From contig NC_087251.1 of the NCBI RefSeq assembly GCF_037042905.1, forward strand, positions 29,514,001-29,578,000: DNA of 64,000 bases, written 5' to 3'. The translations under genes and the position numbers were made by a program. A model generated the notes under the pieces. It had not been told where the DNA came from. It did not search any database and was given only the letters and a program-made list of their open reading frames with translations. Positions 13,180-23,937 of the stretch are shown here, one piece after another (the first letter of the stretch is position 1; the number at the start of each line of letters is the position of its first letter). The stretch comes from Lytechinus pictus. Its lineage: Eukaryota.

Positions 13180-14152
13180 GTGAACACACGTGTGTTATTC
13201 AGTGCCCTCAACCCCCGCCCCGGCCCCCTTTCACACTCACAAGCAGGGCCGTCGCTAAGGGTTGGGGTGCGTTAATTTGGAAATAGTCGGTATAAGTCAG
13301 CCACGGACTCAGCGCTTTCGTCGGGAAAATGAAGAAAAGGGGCGAGAGGAAAAAAAAAGAAGAGAGACAGAGGAAAGAAAAAGGGAAAGAAGAGAAAGAG
13401 AAAAAATAAAGAAAAATGAAAGGACGAAAAAGAAATAAAGGAAGGAAGGATTGAAAGAAAGAAAAAAGACAGGAAGAAATTAAAAAAGCCAATGGAAGGG
13501 AAAAAGAGAAAGAGTTAAACAAAAGGAAGGAGTAAAATTAGAGAGCCAGAGAACGGGGTAGTTAAGGTTTTGATTAGGTAAACATGACTGTGTATCGGTG
13601 TAATTAAAGATGCAGAGTCTGAGATGCTCGACCTTTGAGTTCCATTACCTTTGTTGGTAAAATAATGTAAAAATTGCATACTACTATTCATTTTTTTCGG
13701 AATGAGAACGTGGGGAGCTCTCTGTACCGACAATGATTAGAAAGTCCAAGTTTAAGGTCTTAATCTTAAAAAATTCCGCTCACACTTCATGGCTCCCATT
13801 AAGATACACAGATTGTTAAATTTCAAATGCAGCATCTGTGTTTGTTCTTTATATAAAAAATCGTGTGAAAATGTCAAGTTTTAAGTCAAAATGACAAAAT
13901 GATGAGTTTTTAAGTCAAAATCTCAAAATGTTGCCAGCTCGTACTTCTACCGATAGTAATAAGAATGTAATATATAGTCTAAATAAAATATCAATTAGCT
14001 CGCGCTTAGCGCTCGCATCATTGAAGAATCGATATTCTCTCCACGATATTCCTTCATGTTGGACAGTGCTTAAAATTTCCCTTTCAGGGCAGTATAAAAT
14101 TTCAGCTTCCGCTTTGCGCTCGTATTGTTTTTGAGATGCACAGCTTGTTTAA

Positions 14153-14788
14153 AGATCAAGTCCACCCAAGAAAATCTTGATTTGAATCAATAGAGAAAAA
14201 TTAAAAAAGCATAACGCTGAAAATTTCATAAAAATCGGATGTAAAATAGGAAAGTAATGACATTCTAAATTTTCGCTTATTATTCACAAAACAGTTATAA
14301 TTATGCACAACTCAGTAATATGCAAATGAGAGAGTCGATTATTCCGCTCACTCACTATTTCTTTTGTTTTTTTAATTGTTTGAATTATGCAATATTTCAT
14401 TTTTTTACATATTTGACAAGATCGAAGAACCAACTTGATTGAACCATAAAATGTTAAAACACTGGTCATTCTACATCTTCGATCGATCGGTGAGGAGAAA
14501 ACTTTGTTTTACAGGACAATAAGGAGCAAATCAGAATATTTCATATTTCATGTAAAAAAATGCAAAATAAATAGTAAGTGGGTGATATCATCACTCCCCT
14601 CATTTGCATGCTGACCAGAATGTGTATAACCATGATAACTGTTTTGTGAAATAAAGCGAAATTTCAAAATGTCATAACTTTCTTATTTTACATTTTGATG
14701 AAATTTTGATGAAATTTTCAGTGTTATATGCTTGTTGCATTTTTCTCTTTTTATTCAAAACAACTTTTTGTTAGAATAGACTTGTCCT
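14153..14788. mobile_element. Kolobok-like MITE (TTAA target, AG..CT ends)
   Basis: TTAA|AGATCAAGTCCA ... TAGACTTGTCCT|TTAT imperfect TIRs. The internal halves are partly inverted copies (GCTGAAAATTTCAT / ATGAAATTTTCAGTG). Confidence 0.7.
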
Positions 14789-15350
14789 TTATTTACAGAT
14801 GCAGAAACTGAGCTTGTTTTAATGTAAACAAAAAAAAATGTGTAAAATGTTTAGTTTTTTAGTCAAAATATCCCAAATTTTCAGCTCGCGCTTCGCGTTT
14901 GCATCATTCAGTGATATCATTCACTGGCGTAAATCCGGGGGGGGGGATGGGGGGACATATCCCCCCACTTTTCGAGGAGGGGGTGATGGCCTGTACAAAC
15001 ATCCCCCCCCCCCACTTTTTACGAAAGAAATGAAAAAAAAATCACAAGAGATAATTGTTTTATTGGTGAAAATTCTTCCAAAAATACCGCTTAACAAATA
15101 AAATAATATTATTGAATCATAAAATGCAAAAAAAGAGCCAGTTCACCATTTCCAAACGAAATACTTATGTCCTTATTATAACATTGAAGAGAAACCCCCG
15201 TTTCTTCCAATTCATCAATGTTGGGGTCTTTGGGAAGGGATTAAGATGGAATGTCAATTTTTTTTAATGTAATCTCTAATAAAACCCGATTAAACCATAA
15301 TGGGGTAAAAAATATAATAATATTGGAGGGGTATTTGCCATATGGACATA

Positions 15351-16247
15351 CAGTGGCGTAACTACGGGGGACATGGGGGGCACATCCCCCCCCCCCCCAT
15401 TGGCTGACCAAAAAAAAAACGGGGAAAGGGGGAAAATGAGAAAAGAGGGAGAAAGGAAGAGAAACGTAGTGGGAAAGAAGAAAATATTATTCATTATAAT
15501 GTTATATTATATTATAATAATGTTAAGTTACATTACATAAGAAACATTTTTATCATAACTTTATGAAACATAATTTGCCCAGGGCCTACGTCTTCATTGT
15601 TCCTGGTGCTCGCATTGTCTGTTTAACAAGATATATAATCCTGTTGTATTAAAACATCCCGTTTTCAAGTCAATATAAACCAAAGATATTTCCTAGCACT
15701 TGAGTTATCATTATTTTATGTAGTGACATATGCTTCTTTTTCGTATTTATGAAACATTTCCTGTCCGTGATTACGTTCGCATTAGTGGATTGGTGAGATA
15801 TGTCTGCTCTTCATGAATTCCTAAAATTAGTCCTTAAAATGTCCCTTCTTCTGATCTGAATATCAAAAATTTTCAGCTCGCGCTTCGCGCTCGTATCATT
15901 TGGTTAATGAAATACGTATGGTCCTAGTTAATTCCTACAAAGAAACCTTAGAATGTCCCATTTCAGGTCTGAATTATCTAAGTTTTCAGCTCGCGCTTCG
16001 CACTCGCATTGTTAAGCGAGACAGGTACCTATCATGATTACACAAATTTGATTATAATGTCCCTTTTTAGGTGTGAATATAAAAAAATTCAGCTCGCGCT
16101 TCGCGCTCGCATTATTTGATCAGTTAGATACATATCCGTTTAATGACATTGTCCTTAAAATGTCTCTATTAGGTCACTCACTCAGTCATTCAAAAATTGT
16201 GCTGGTGCCCCCCCCCCCCCCATGCCGTGACCCACGGTACGCCACTG
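15351..16247. mobile_element. hAT-type MITE with 8-bp TSD
   Basis: TIRs CAGTGGCGTA...TACGCCACTG. TSD TGGACATA at 15343-15350 and 16248-16255. Confidence 0.9.
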
Positions 16248-16365
16248 TGGACATATCAATGACAATTCCTTGCATATCTAAAAACATGATTGCAAAAAAA
16301 TGCCAAAATATACAGCATGCAATGTCCGATTTTAAGTCTAAATTTGATTAGATACTCACCGTGTT

Positions 16366-18546
16366 CATGGGCGGATCCAGGGGAGCCGAGGGGCCCGTTC
16401 CCCCCCCCCCCCCTATTGGCGGAGCAAAAAAAAAGAAAACAAGGGGAAAGAAAGAAAAAAAGAAAAAGAAGGGATGAGAGAGGATAAAAAAGAAGGGGAA
16501 ACATAAGAGGAAGAAGACGAGTGAATAAAATGAGATGAGGGGAAGACTTGGAAAATAATTTTACAAATCTTTCACGTGACTATATAAAATTTTGGCTCGC
16601 GCTCGCATTTCCTTTTAGATGATATCTTGTTCAATATGGAGTTTAAATATCAAGGTTGGAAGTCAATTTCCAAAAAAAAAACATATTTCATCTCGGAAAT
16701 CGAACTTTTATTATTTTGCGTGATATACAAATTGATTTTTTAAAAGTGCTCTGTAAAAATGTCAGTTTTATGGTCTGAATATCAAATTTTTCTGCTCGCG
16801 CTGCGCGCTCGCAAATTTTGATTTATCAGGTACCTATTATTTTCGTGTATTCCATAAAGTTTTCAAAATATCCCTTTTCAGGTCTGATTGTCAAAACGTA
16901 TCAGCTAGCGCTGCACGCTCGCATTTTGATTGGCGAGTTATGTAAGTTTCAATTTTGATTATACAACAAACTACTTAAAATCCCCTTTTCATGACAGTGT
17001 ATAAAAAAATTAGGCTCGCAATTTGCGCTCGCATTAATGGTTTATAATATATTAACTGATGCATTCTAGTTATATTTACAAATATTCTTGAAATGTCTAG
17101 TTTTCAGGCCATCATATCATCAGATTTCGCGCCCTCATAAGGCATTAACGAATAAGATATTAATGTAATAATCGAATTGTCCCTTTTGTTTCATCTCGCG
17201 CTTAGCAAGAGGAATAAGAAGACAGTCTTCATTTTCATATGATGACATGTCCTATAAGGATGTGCCGGTCCTATGTCAAAACTCAAAGTAATAACAATGA
17301 AAAATATAAACTCTTTATTAAGTGCGATCCATATCCACCTCACAATTTTCCTACAAAGTGCTTGAAATATAGAGCTGAAATTGACTTTTTTCAGATCGGA
17401 ATATAAAATAGTTTAAGTTCGCGCTTCGCGCTCGCTTTGATTTTCACGATAAAAGATGTATTTAGAATGCTTATATTCTAGGTCTAAATATGAAACAGGC
17501 ACGTGCATGTTTATTCGACACTCAACTTGTTCTTTATTTAAATCATTATCCAGTTTCAGATCTCAATATCAAAAATTTTCTGCTCGCGCTTCAGTGCTTG
17601 CATTATAAATGGAGAAAGATTCCCTATTACTCCTTCTTTTCATGATTTACAAAACATGAATAGAGTGTCCCGTTTTTAGGTATTAATCTCGATTTTTTGC
17701 GTTCGCGCTTCGCAGTCGCATCAATTGTTTAGTTATATAGCTATCTTATCTTTTTCACGATTATAAAAATTGATTAAAATTTTCCTTTCTTTATGTAGAA
17801 ATGTCAATTTTTTCAGCTGGTTCTTCGCGCTCGCATTATTTGATTGTTGAAATATGTAACGTCTTCATGGCTAAGTGGCAGTCCTTAACAGGTACCTTTT
17901 CGATCAGTTCAAAACGCATATGAAAATTTTCTGCTCGCGTTTTGCGCTCGCATTATTAATGTGAGGAAGATCCCCAATTACTCATCCTTTTCATGATTTA
18001 AAAAAAAAGAATAGAGTGTCTTGTTCAGTAGGTCTAAATCTCGAAATTATCCGCTCGCGCTTCGCGCTCGCATCAATTGTTTAGTTATATACCTATTCTG
18101 TTTAAGTTACAAAAAGTGCTTAGAATTTCATTTTTTGGGGTAAAAATGTCAATTTTTTCAGCTCGCGCTTCGCGCTCGCATTATTTGATTTTTAAAATAT
18201 GTAACTTCTTCATGGCTAAATGCATGCAGTCTTTAACAGATACCTTTTCCATCAGTTAATTTCTGCTCGAGCATCGCGTTCGTAGTAATCATTTAGTTGC
18301 ATACACATCTTTTTCAGGATAACAAACATTGCCCAGAATTTTCAAATTTTAGGAAAAAATGCATAAGATTTCCCAAAAATTTAGCTCGCGCTTCGCGCTC
18401 GCATTATTTGATTTTTAAGATATGAAACATCTTCATGGCTGTAACTTACTTCATGCATGGCTAACTGCATGCAGTCTTTAACAGGTACCTTTTCCATCAG
18501 TTAATTTCTGCTCGCGCTTCGCGTTGAAGGCTGGATCCGCCCCTTG
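16366..18546 (+). mobile_element. ~2.2-kb non-autonomous hAT-like element with an internal array of GCTCGCGCTTCGCGCTCGCA motifs
   Basis: Ends GGGCGGATCCAG / CTGGATCCGCCCCTTG, with the 8-mer GTGTTCAT on both sides. Related copies lie inside 19888-21245 and, inverted, at 31903-33180. Confidence 0.75.
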
Positions 18547-18693
18547 GTGTTCATGATTGCAAACAGTACAGTGTTAGGACTTAGGAATATCAAATTTTCA
18601 GGTTGTAAAATTACTGAAAAAAAATCAGCTCGCGCTTCGCGCTCGCAACAGTTTGCTTATAATAGTTCTATGCCCACCCTCTTCATGGCATGA

Positions 18694-18881
18694 GCTGGGA
18701 GTGGTGGCGTGCGCCCATGTAATCCAAGCTATGTGGGGAAGTTACAATTTGATGCAGAGGTTCGAGGTTCGGGCCCTGGTCACGTCTTTCGGATGGTGAC
18801 GTTAAAGGTCGGTCCCAGACGTAAATAATCGTATCTGATTGATACACGTCTCACAAAACTCAAATACACTGACTTACACAC
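18694..18881 (+). mobile_element. SINE with 7SL-RNA-like (Alu-domain) head, B-box and Deu/Nin-like core
   Basis: 18694-18731 GCTGGGAGTGGTGGCGTGCGCCCATGTAATCCAAGCTA matches the human 7SL 5' end as recalled at 29 of 36 aligned positions. B-box-like GGTTCGAGGTTCGGGCCC at 18759-18776. CGTCTTTCGGATGGTGACGTTAAAGGTCGGTCCC at 18783-18816 resembles the Deu/Nin domain. A diverged second copy lies at 21898-22056 (-). Confidence 0.7.
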
Positions 18882-19838
18882 TAGCGTACCTACGGGGGGG
18901 GGGGGGGGCAGAGAGGGCAGAGTGCCCCCTGACGAGTCACAACCCATGCAAGGGGGATATCCCTGACCCCCCTGACGAGTCTTGAAGACCTTTTTTTTTT
19001 TGCTTGTCAATTTTTTGTCTGGTACGAAATCCTTTATTTGCGGTTGAAGACTTTTTCTTTTTTTTTGCTTGTCAAATTTTTTGGCCGACTCTATTGAGAT
19101 ATAATCTCCAGCTTGGACCATCCCTTTAAGAACAAAAGTCATGGTCGTCGGGAGTGTTGGTAATCGGTACCGATATTTGTCGGTATTCAGGGCCCACCCC
19201 CCCCCCACTGGAATAAGCCTAGCGACGCAACAGGGGGCGACTCTTCTGACGGGGGGATGACCCCATGACCCCCCCTGGTGCCGCCACTGTTTTCATAGAC
19301 CAACCCGTTACCCCACTAGGCCACTCCTTTCTGGCGTCATTTACTAAATTGAAGACCTCCATAAATTCCTTGTGCATTGCGGCCATCAGTTAGGTCCAAC
19401 TTTTTTAATAGCAACATGATTTATGTAGTTTAAGGAAATTAAGGGTAGGTTTCAGACTTTGGGGCCTCACATCCCTATCCTTTGAATCCGAGTAGGCGTG
19501 ACCCCCCCCCCCCCCGTACGCCGCACCCCCGGCCATTCAGGGCAAGCAATGCGCAAAATTTCATATTTACCGGTTTAATGACAAAAGCTGCAAGAGAGCC
19601 AAAATTTTGACATTTTGAATACAAAATCGAATTTTTGATAGATTTTTTACATGAAAGAAAAATATCCCTTTTACCCTTTATATTTTTCCTTGTTTTCCGG
19701 GCCCTTCTTCTTCCCCTTTTTTTTTGTTTGATAATGAGGATGATAATGATAATAACTATTAGTTTATCATTACATGCTCTTATTTTTTTCACCTTAAGAC
19801 CTGGGGAGAGGTTAATTTGGGGCCCGGAGGGGATTGAT

Positions 19839-21696
19839 CCAGGGGGCCAGTCAAATATATTGCTGTACACATGCGTGACCCCCCCCCCAGTGGCGTAGCT
19901 ACGGGGGTGGGGGCATGGGGGGGCACGTGCCCCCCCTGAGATTTGGTGTGCCCCCCCAGGTGCCCCCCCTGAAAAAAATGGCAGAGCAAAAAAAAAGGGA
20001 GAAAGAAGAAAAGAAAAAAGGAAAACAAGAAGACAGAAGAAAAAAAAGGAGAGGAAAATAAGAGGAGGAAGACGAGTGAATGAAATAATGTGAGGGGAAG
20101 ACTTGCAAAAAAAAAAAATCCTTCATGTTACTATATAAAAATTTTGCTAGCGCTTCGCGCCAGAATTGCCTGTTCGATGAGATTCATATCTTGCTCAATA
20201 GGCTGATACGGAGCTAGTTTTGAAGTCAATATACAAAACATATTTTAGCTCGGACATCGAGCTTTCATTATTTTTTTTCATTTACAAATTTAAGTGCTCT
20301 GTAAAATGTCCGATTTATGGTCTACATATCAGCATTTTAAGCTCACGCTGCCTGGTCACATTGTTTGATTTGCCAAGTTCATATTGTCTACGTGTCCCGG
20401 CTACGTGTATTCCATAATGTTCCATTAAACAAATGTATTCAGAATCCCCAGATTCTAGGTATAAATTTAAAACATGCGCGATAGCCTGCATGTTCTTTAT
20501 TTAAAATGTACTTAAATTATCCAGTTTCACATCAGAATATCAAATATTGTCTGCTCACGCTTCACGATCGCATTATTAATGATACCCAATTAACTATTTC
20601 CTATTTATGATTTACAAAATATGAATAGAGTGTCCCGCTTTTAGGTCTAAAATCTCAATTTTCTTCCTCTCGCGCTTCGCGCTCGCATCAATTGTTTAGT
20701 TACATACCTATCCCATTTATTAATCCAAAAAGTGCTTAGAATGACCATTTTTTTTAAGGTCAGAATGTCAAAAAATTTGCTCGCGCTTCGCGCTCGCATT
20801 ATTGAAATATATTTACCTTCTTACTTAACAGGACCCTTTTCGATAATGCTAGAACAATTAATAAAAAATTTTGCTCACGCTTGGCATTCGCAGTAACTAT
20901 CTAGTTACATACGAATCTTGTTCAGGATCACACATAACATTGCCCAGAATATTAAATTTTCAGGACAAAATACATGAAAGTAAAAAAAAAAAATCGCTCG
21001 CACTTTTTATAAGGCTTATGAGATTATTTAATGTTTATGTTGTTTTATAAGAATAAAACTGAGAAGTGACTGATCGGGAAAATATAATAGGTGAAGATAA
21101 TTTCGGGTCCCGTCCCCTATTGGCGAAAGTCGGATCCGCCCTTGTGACACATACACACACACCGGAAAAAATGGTGCCCCCCCCTGAAAAAGCAAGGACC
21201 CCCCAGTGCCCCCCCCCCAGGAAAAAAATCCTAGCTACGCCACTGCCCCCCCCCCCCAAAAAAAAAGTATTTAAAGGAGTTTTTTCAGTTTTGGACGCGG
21301 GCCGAGCGTGCACCCGTTAAGGGTATCAAAAACACCGATTTTCAAAGCAATGGGTGCATGGTTTTGAAAGACTGGTCAATGGTCAATCGCTGGGTCAAAC
21401 GTATCAGGGTATGTTTATTTTCCAAAGCTTTATGTATATATATATTATATATATATAGCCAATTTAAACGTGTTTAGGGTATGTTTTTTCCCCCAAGCTT
21501 TTTCCCCGGGGTCATATCTTCTGGCGGAAACTTGTTTAGGGGCCAAAATGTGTGAATAAAGCCCAAATAAAGTCAACGAAAAACTTGTGTAGGGGGTTAT
21601 TTTGCACAAAGGGAAAAACTCGTTTAGGGCGTGTTTGGAAATAATTTGGTCACGCATGTGTACAGCAATACATTTGACTGCCCCCCCCCCCCCGGG
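19839..21696. mobile_element. MITE with ~40-bp TIRs (CC..GG ends) that hosts a nested hAT element
   Basis: CCAGGGGGCCAGTCAAATATATTGCTGTACACATGCGTGACC at the left and GGTCACGCATGTGTACAGCAATACATTTGACTGCCCC...CGGG at the right. Confidence 0.8.
19888..21245. mobile_element. hAT-type non-autonomous element nested in the 19839-21696 MITE
   Basis: TIRs CAGTGGCGTAGCTA...TAGCTACGCCACTG with poly-C on both flanks (consistent with a C8 TSD). The interior is homologous to 16366-18546. Confidence 0.8.
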
Positions 21697-21897
21697 GGAT
21701 CGAGTTGCCTGCATCCCCATCCATCCCGCTGTCCATGCCTCTGGAAAACTAATAGCCCTATTTAGATATATATTTAGAGACCACTGAATATTTTCATCTC
21801 TTTGTAATTATTTTTTTTTTTTATAACGGCTATCTTCAGTGAAGGCGAAAAAAATGTTATGCGTGATGTGCAAGCATGTGTATGTGAGGGGGGATAC

Positions 21898-22056
21898 AGA
21901 CGTGTTTTAATCAAATGAGACCGACTTTGGATGTCAGCATCCGAAATCCATGTAGTGATCAAGGTTTGAACCTCGAACCTCGCCTCTGCGCACAATCGCA
22001 CATTACTTCCACATATTTCCCAATTCTCGACAGATCGCGCATCAGCAACGCCCAAA
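21898..22056 (-). mobile_element. Diverged second copy of the 18694 SINE
   Basis: The reverse complement reads ...TGGGCGTTGCTGATGCGCG...ATATGTGGAAGT...GCAGAGGCGAGGTTCGAGGTTCAAACCTTGATCAC...TTTCGGATGCTGACATCCAAAGTCGGTCTC...TGATTAAAACACGTCT, colinear with 18694-18852. Confidence 0.65.
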
Positions 22057-23288
22057 GTCTTCCTGGTTTAGTCTCTTTCCAGATTGTTAGGTATCGGGTT
22101 GAAATTCAGATTTCATTATTATCAAAGCAAAGCAATGAATATAAATCAACAACATATTTTACTTGATATTGTAAAAAATAATAAGATAATTCTAATTTCG
22201 TAAATGATGTAATAATAATATAAATATTTTCAAAATTTTGTAAATATCCTTTTCGACTTACGACAAAAGCTAGCTACGAACACTTCCATTTTATTTTGAT
22301 TATTTTGTGCGGATTTCCGGATAAGAGTCGTCTGTCTTGAGCTTTCCTTTTCTCGATTATCTTGGACAAAATTCGATATGGTATGTTCAGATACATTGTA
22401 TTTATTTTTCAGTTTACAAATAGACTGTAATTAAGTTAGGTATATTATTCACTGCACTGGAATCTGGCTGAATTCCGTGATATCGAGGGAGAGGCGCCTG
22501 CTACCGGTATAAAGCTGCCCAGCCCAGGCAGCCGAGGCCGAGCTAGGGGCTCGAGCCCCCGAGCCAGGCCAAGCTTGCGCTTGAACGGTACCGCCAGTGC
22601 AGCGCGGCGCAAGGGGCAGTCACTAGTAACAGTCAGACTGCAGGTCCCAAGAAAGTGGCTTCTTTCATCCAAGTGATATTCATGACTTGAGATGTTTTGC
22701 ATATTTAATGAGCTTGATGCGGACCAAAACACCTCTTTTCATTCGGTCATTGCTGCTCTAATTATGAATCGAATTTCATGAATTTGGTACCATTGTATAG
22801 GTATGTGACAAAAAAAATGAAAATCATCAAATATGAATAAATTTGGTATCACTTGAAAGCTCTTAAAAAGACCTTTAAAATGATACAAAGAACTTTAATT
22901 TTCATCAAGAAATTAGAAAGTTATTCCAGTTTAAGTTGCGCATATTCATCCAAATTTGTGGTCATTGTCTTAATGTAAAGTCAATGGAGTACAGAACCCA
23001 TTTTTGTGACCATTTTGTGACCATTTTGAACCCAAGTCTTCAACAGGTTCTAACTTCTTTGTTTTTGAGTCCTATGAAGTAATTTAGGTATCAATGGAAA
23101 GGTGAGAGAATGCTCAATTGATGTATATCAATTCATCTTGTAATTTTTCTTATTATGTGTAAAATAATTTCTTCTAATTAATTCTAATTAATTATGCAAA
23201 TAACACAAAATCACAATTACTCGCCTCTTTTTTTGCCAAATGAAGGTGATTATGATAGATAATTCATATAATTTAGTTGGCATCAAGA

Positions 23289-23937
23289 TAGACCAAAAGC
23301 TTCAGTCTCTGTATTTTGGTTGTTCCGCTGAACTACGTTGGCTCCACTCACCATACATAGACTGAAGGGGATGGGGCCCCGTACCTACAGCCAACGTATA
23401 GTGAACTAGCGTTTTATAGATCGCGATTTAAAACTGTTTTTTAAGCAAAATTGAAAGTTTCATGGTTTCCATTATCAGGGAAATATAAATAACTTAAGTA
23501 ATTGCATACCTTGGGCCGGAGTTATTGAAAAAAATCCTCTGGATGATTGAGAAATCTGTCATCTAAGACATTTTCACCTGACCTGACGGTTTTTCTTGCA
23601 AGTTGCCATCTTGAATGACGTCATTATCGTATTAACTTAATAAAGTAAAGTATAGTATAGTAAAGTAAAGTATATTTTTCATGCCTTTTTCATCTATATC
23701 GTTTAAAGTATTTAAATGTTAAAACATCAAGTTTTATAAGTTTGTTGTTTATACATCCTTAGATTGTAAATTCGATGTGTAAAATTACATCAAACTTTGG
23801 ACTGTGAATTGACAAAAGGGAGGGAATGAGAACACATGCGAGCCCACACGTACACCCTACCGTCGGTAAATGGGGATTACAGTAAAATGTCAGAAATTGT
23901 TGAATAAATCCCCAGAAACGACGGTTATTCCTGTCTA
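23289..23937 (+). mobile_element. Copy B of the TAGAC...GTCTA element, internally deleted
   Basis: TSD GCATCAAGA at 23280-23288 and 23938-23946. Near-identical to 7522-8360 except that a 213-nt segment is replaced by 23 nt of filler. Confidence 0.9.

Noticed and set aside
18694..18881. Functional SRP RNA (7SL) gene, or human Alu contamination
   Set aside because: Similarity ends after ~40-50 nt, with no S domain, no Alu dimer or A-tail and no Pol III T-run at the expected length. It is embedded among native repeats and has a diverged local paralogue.
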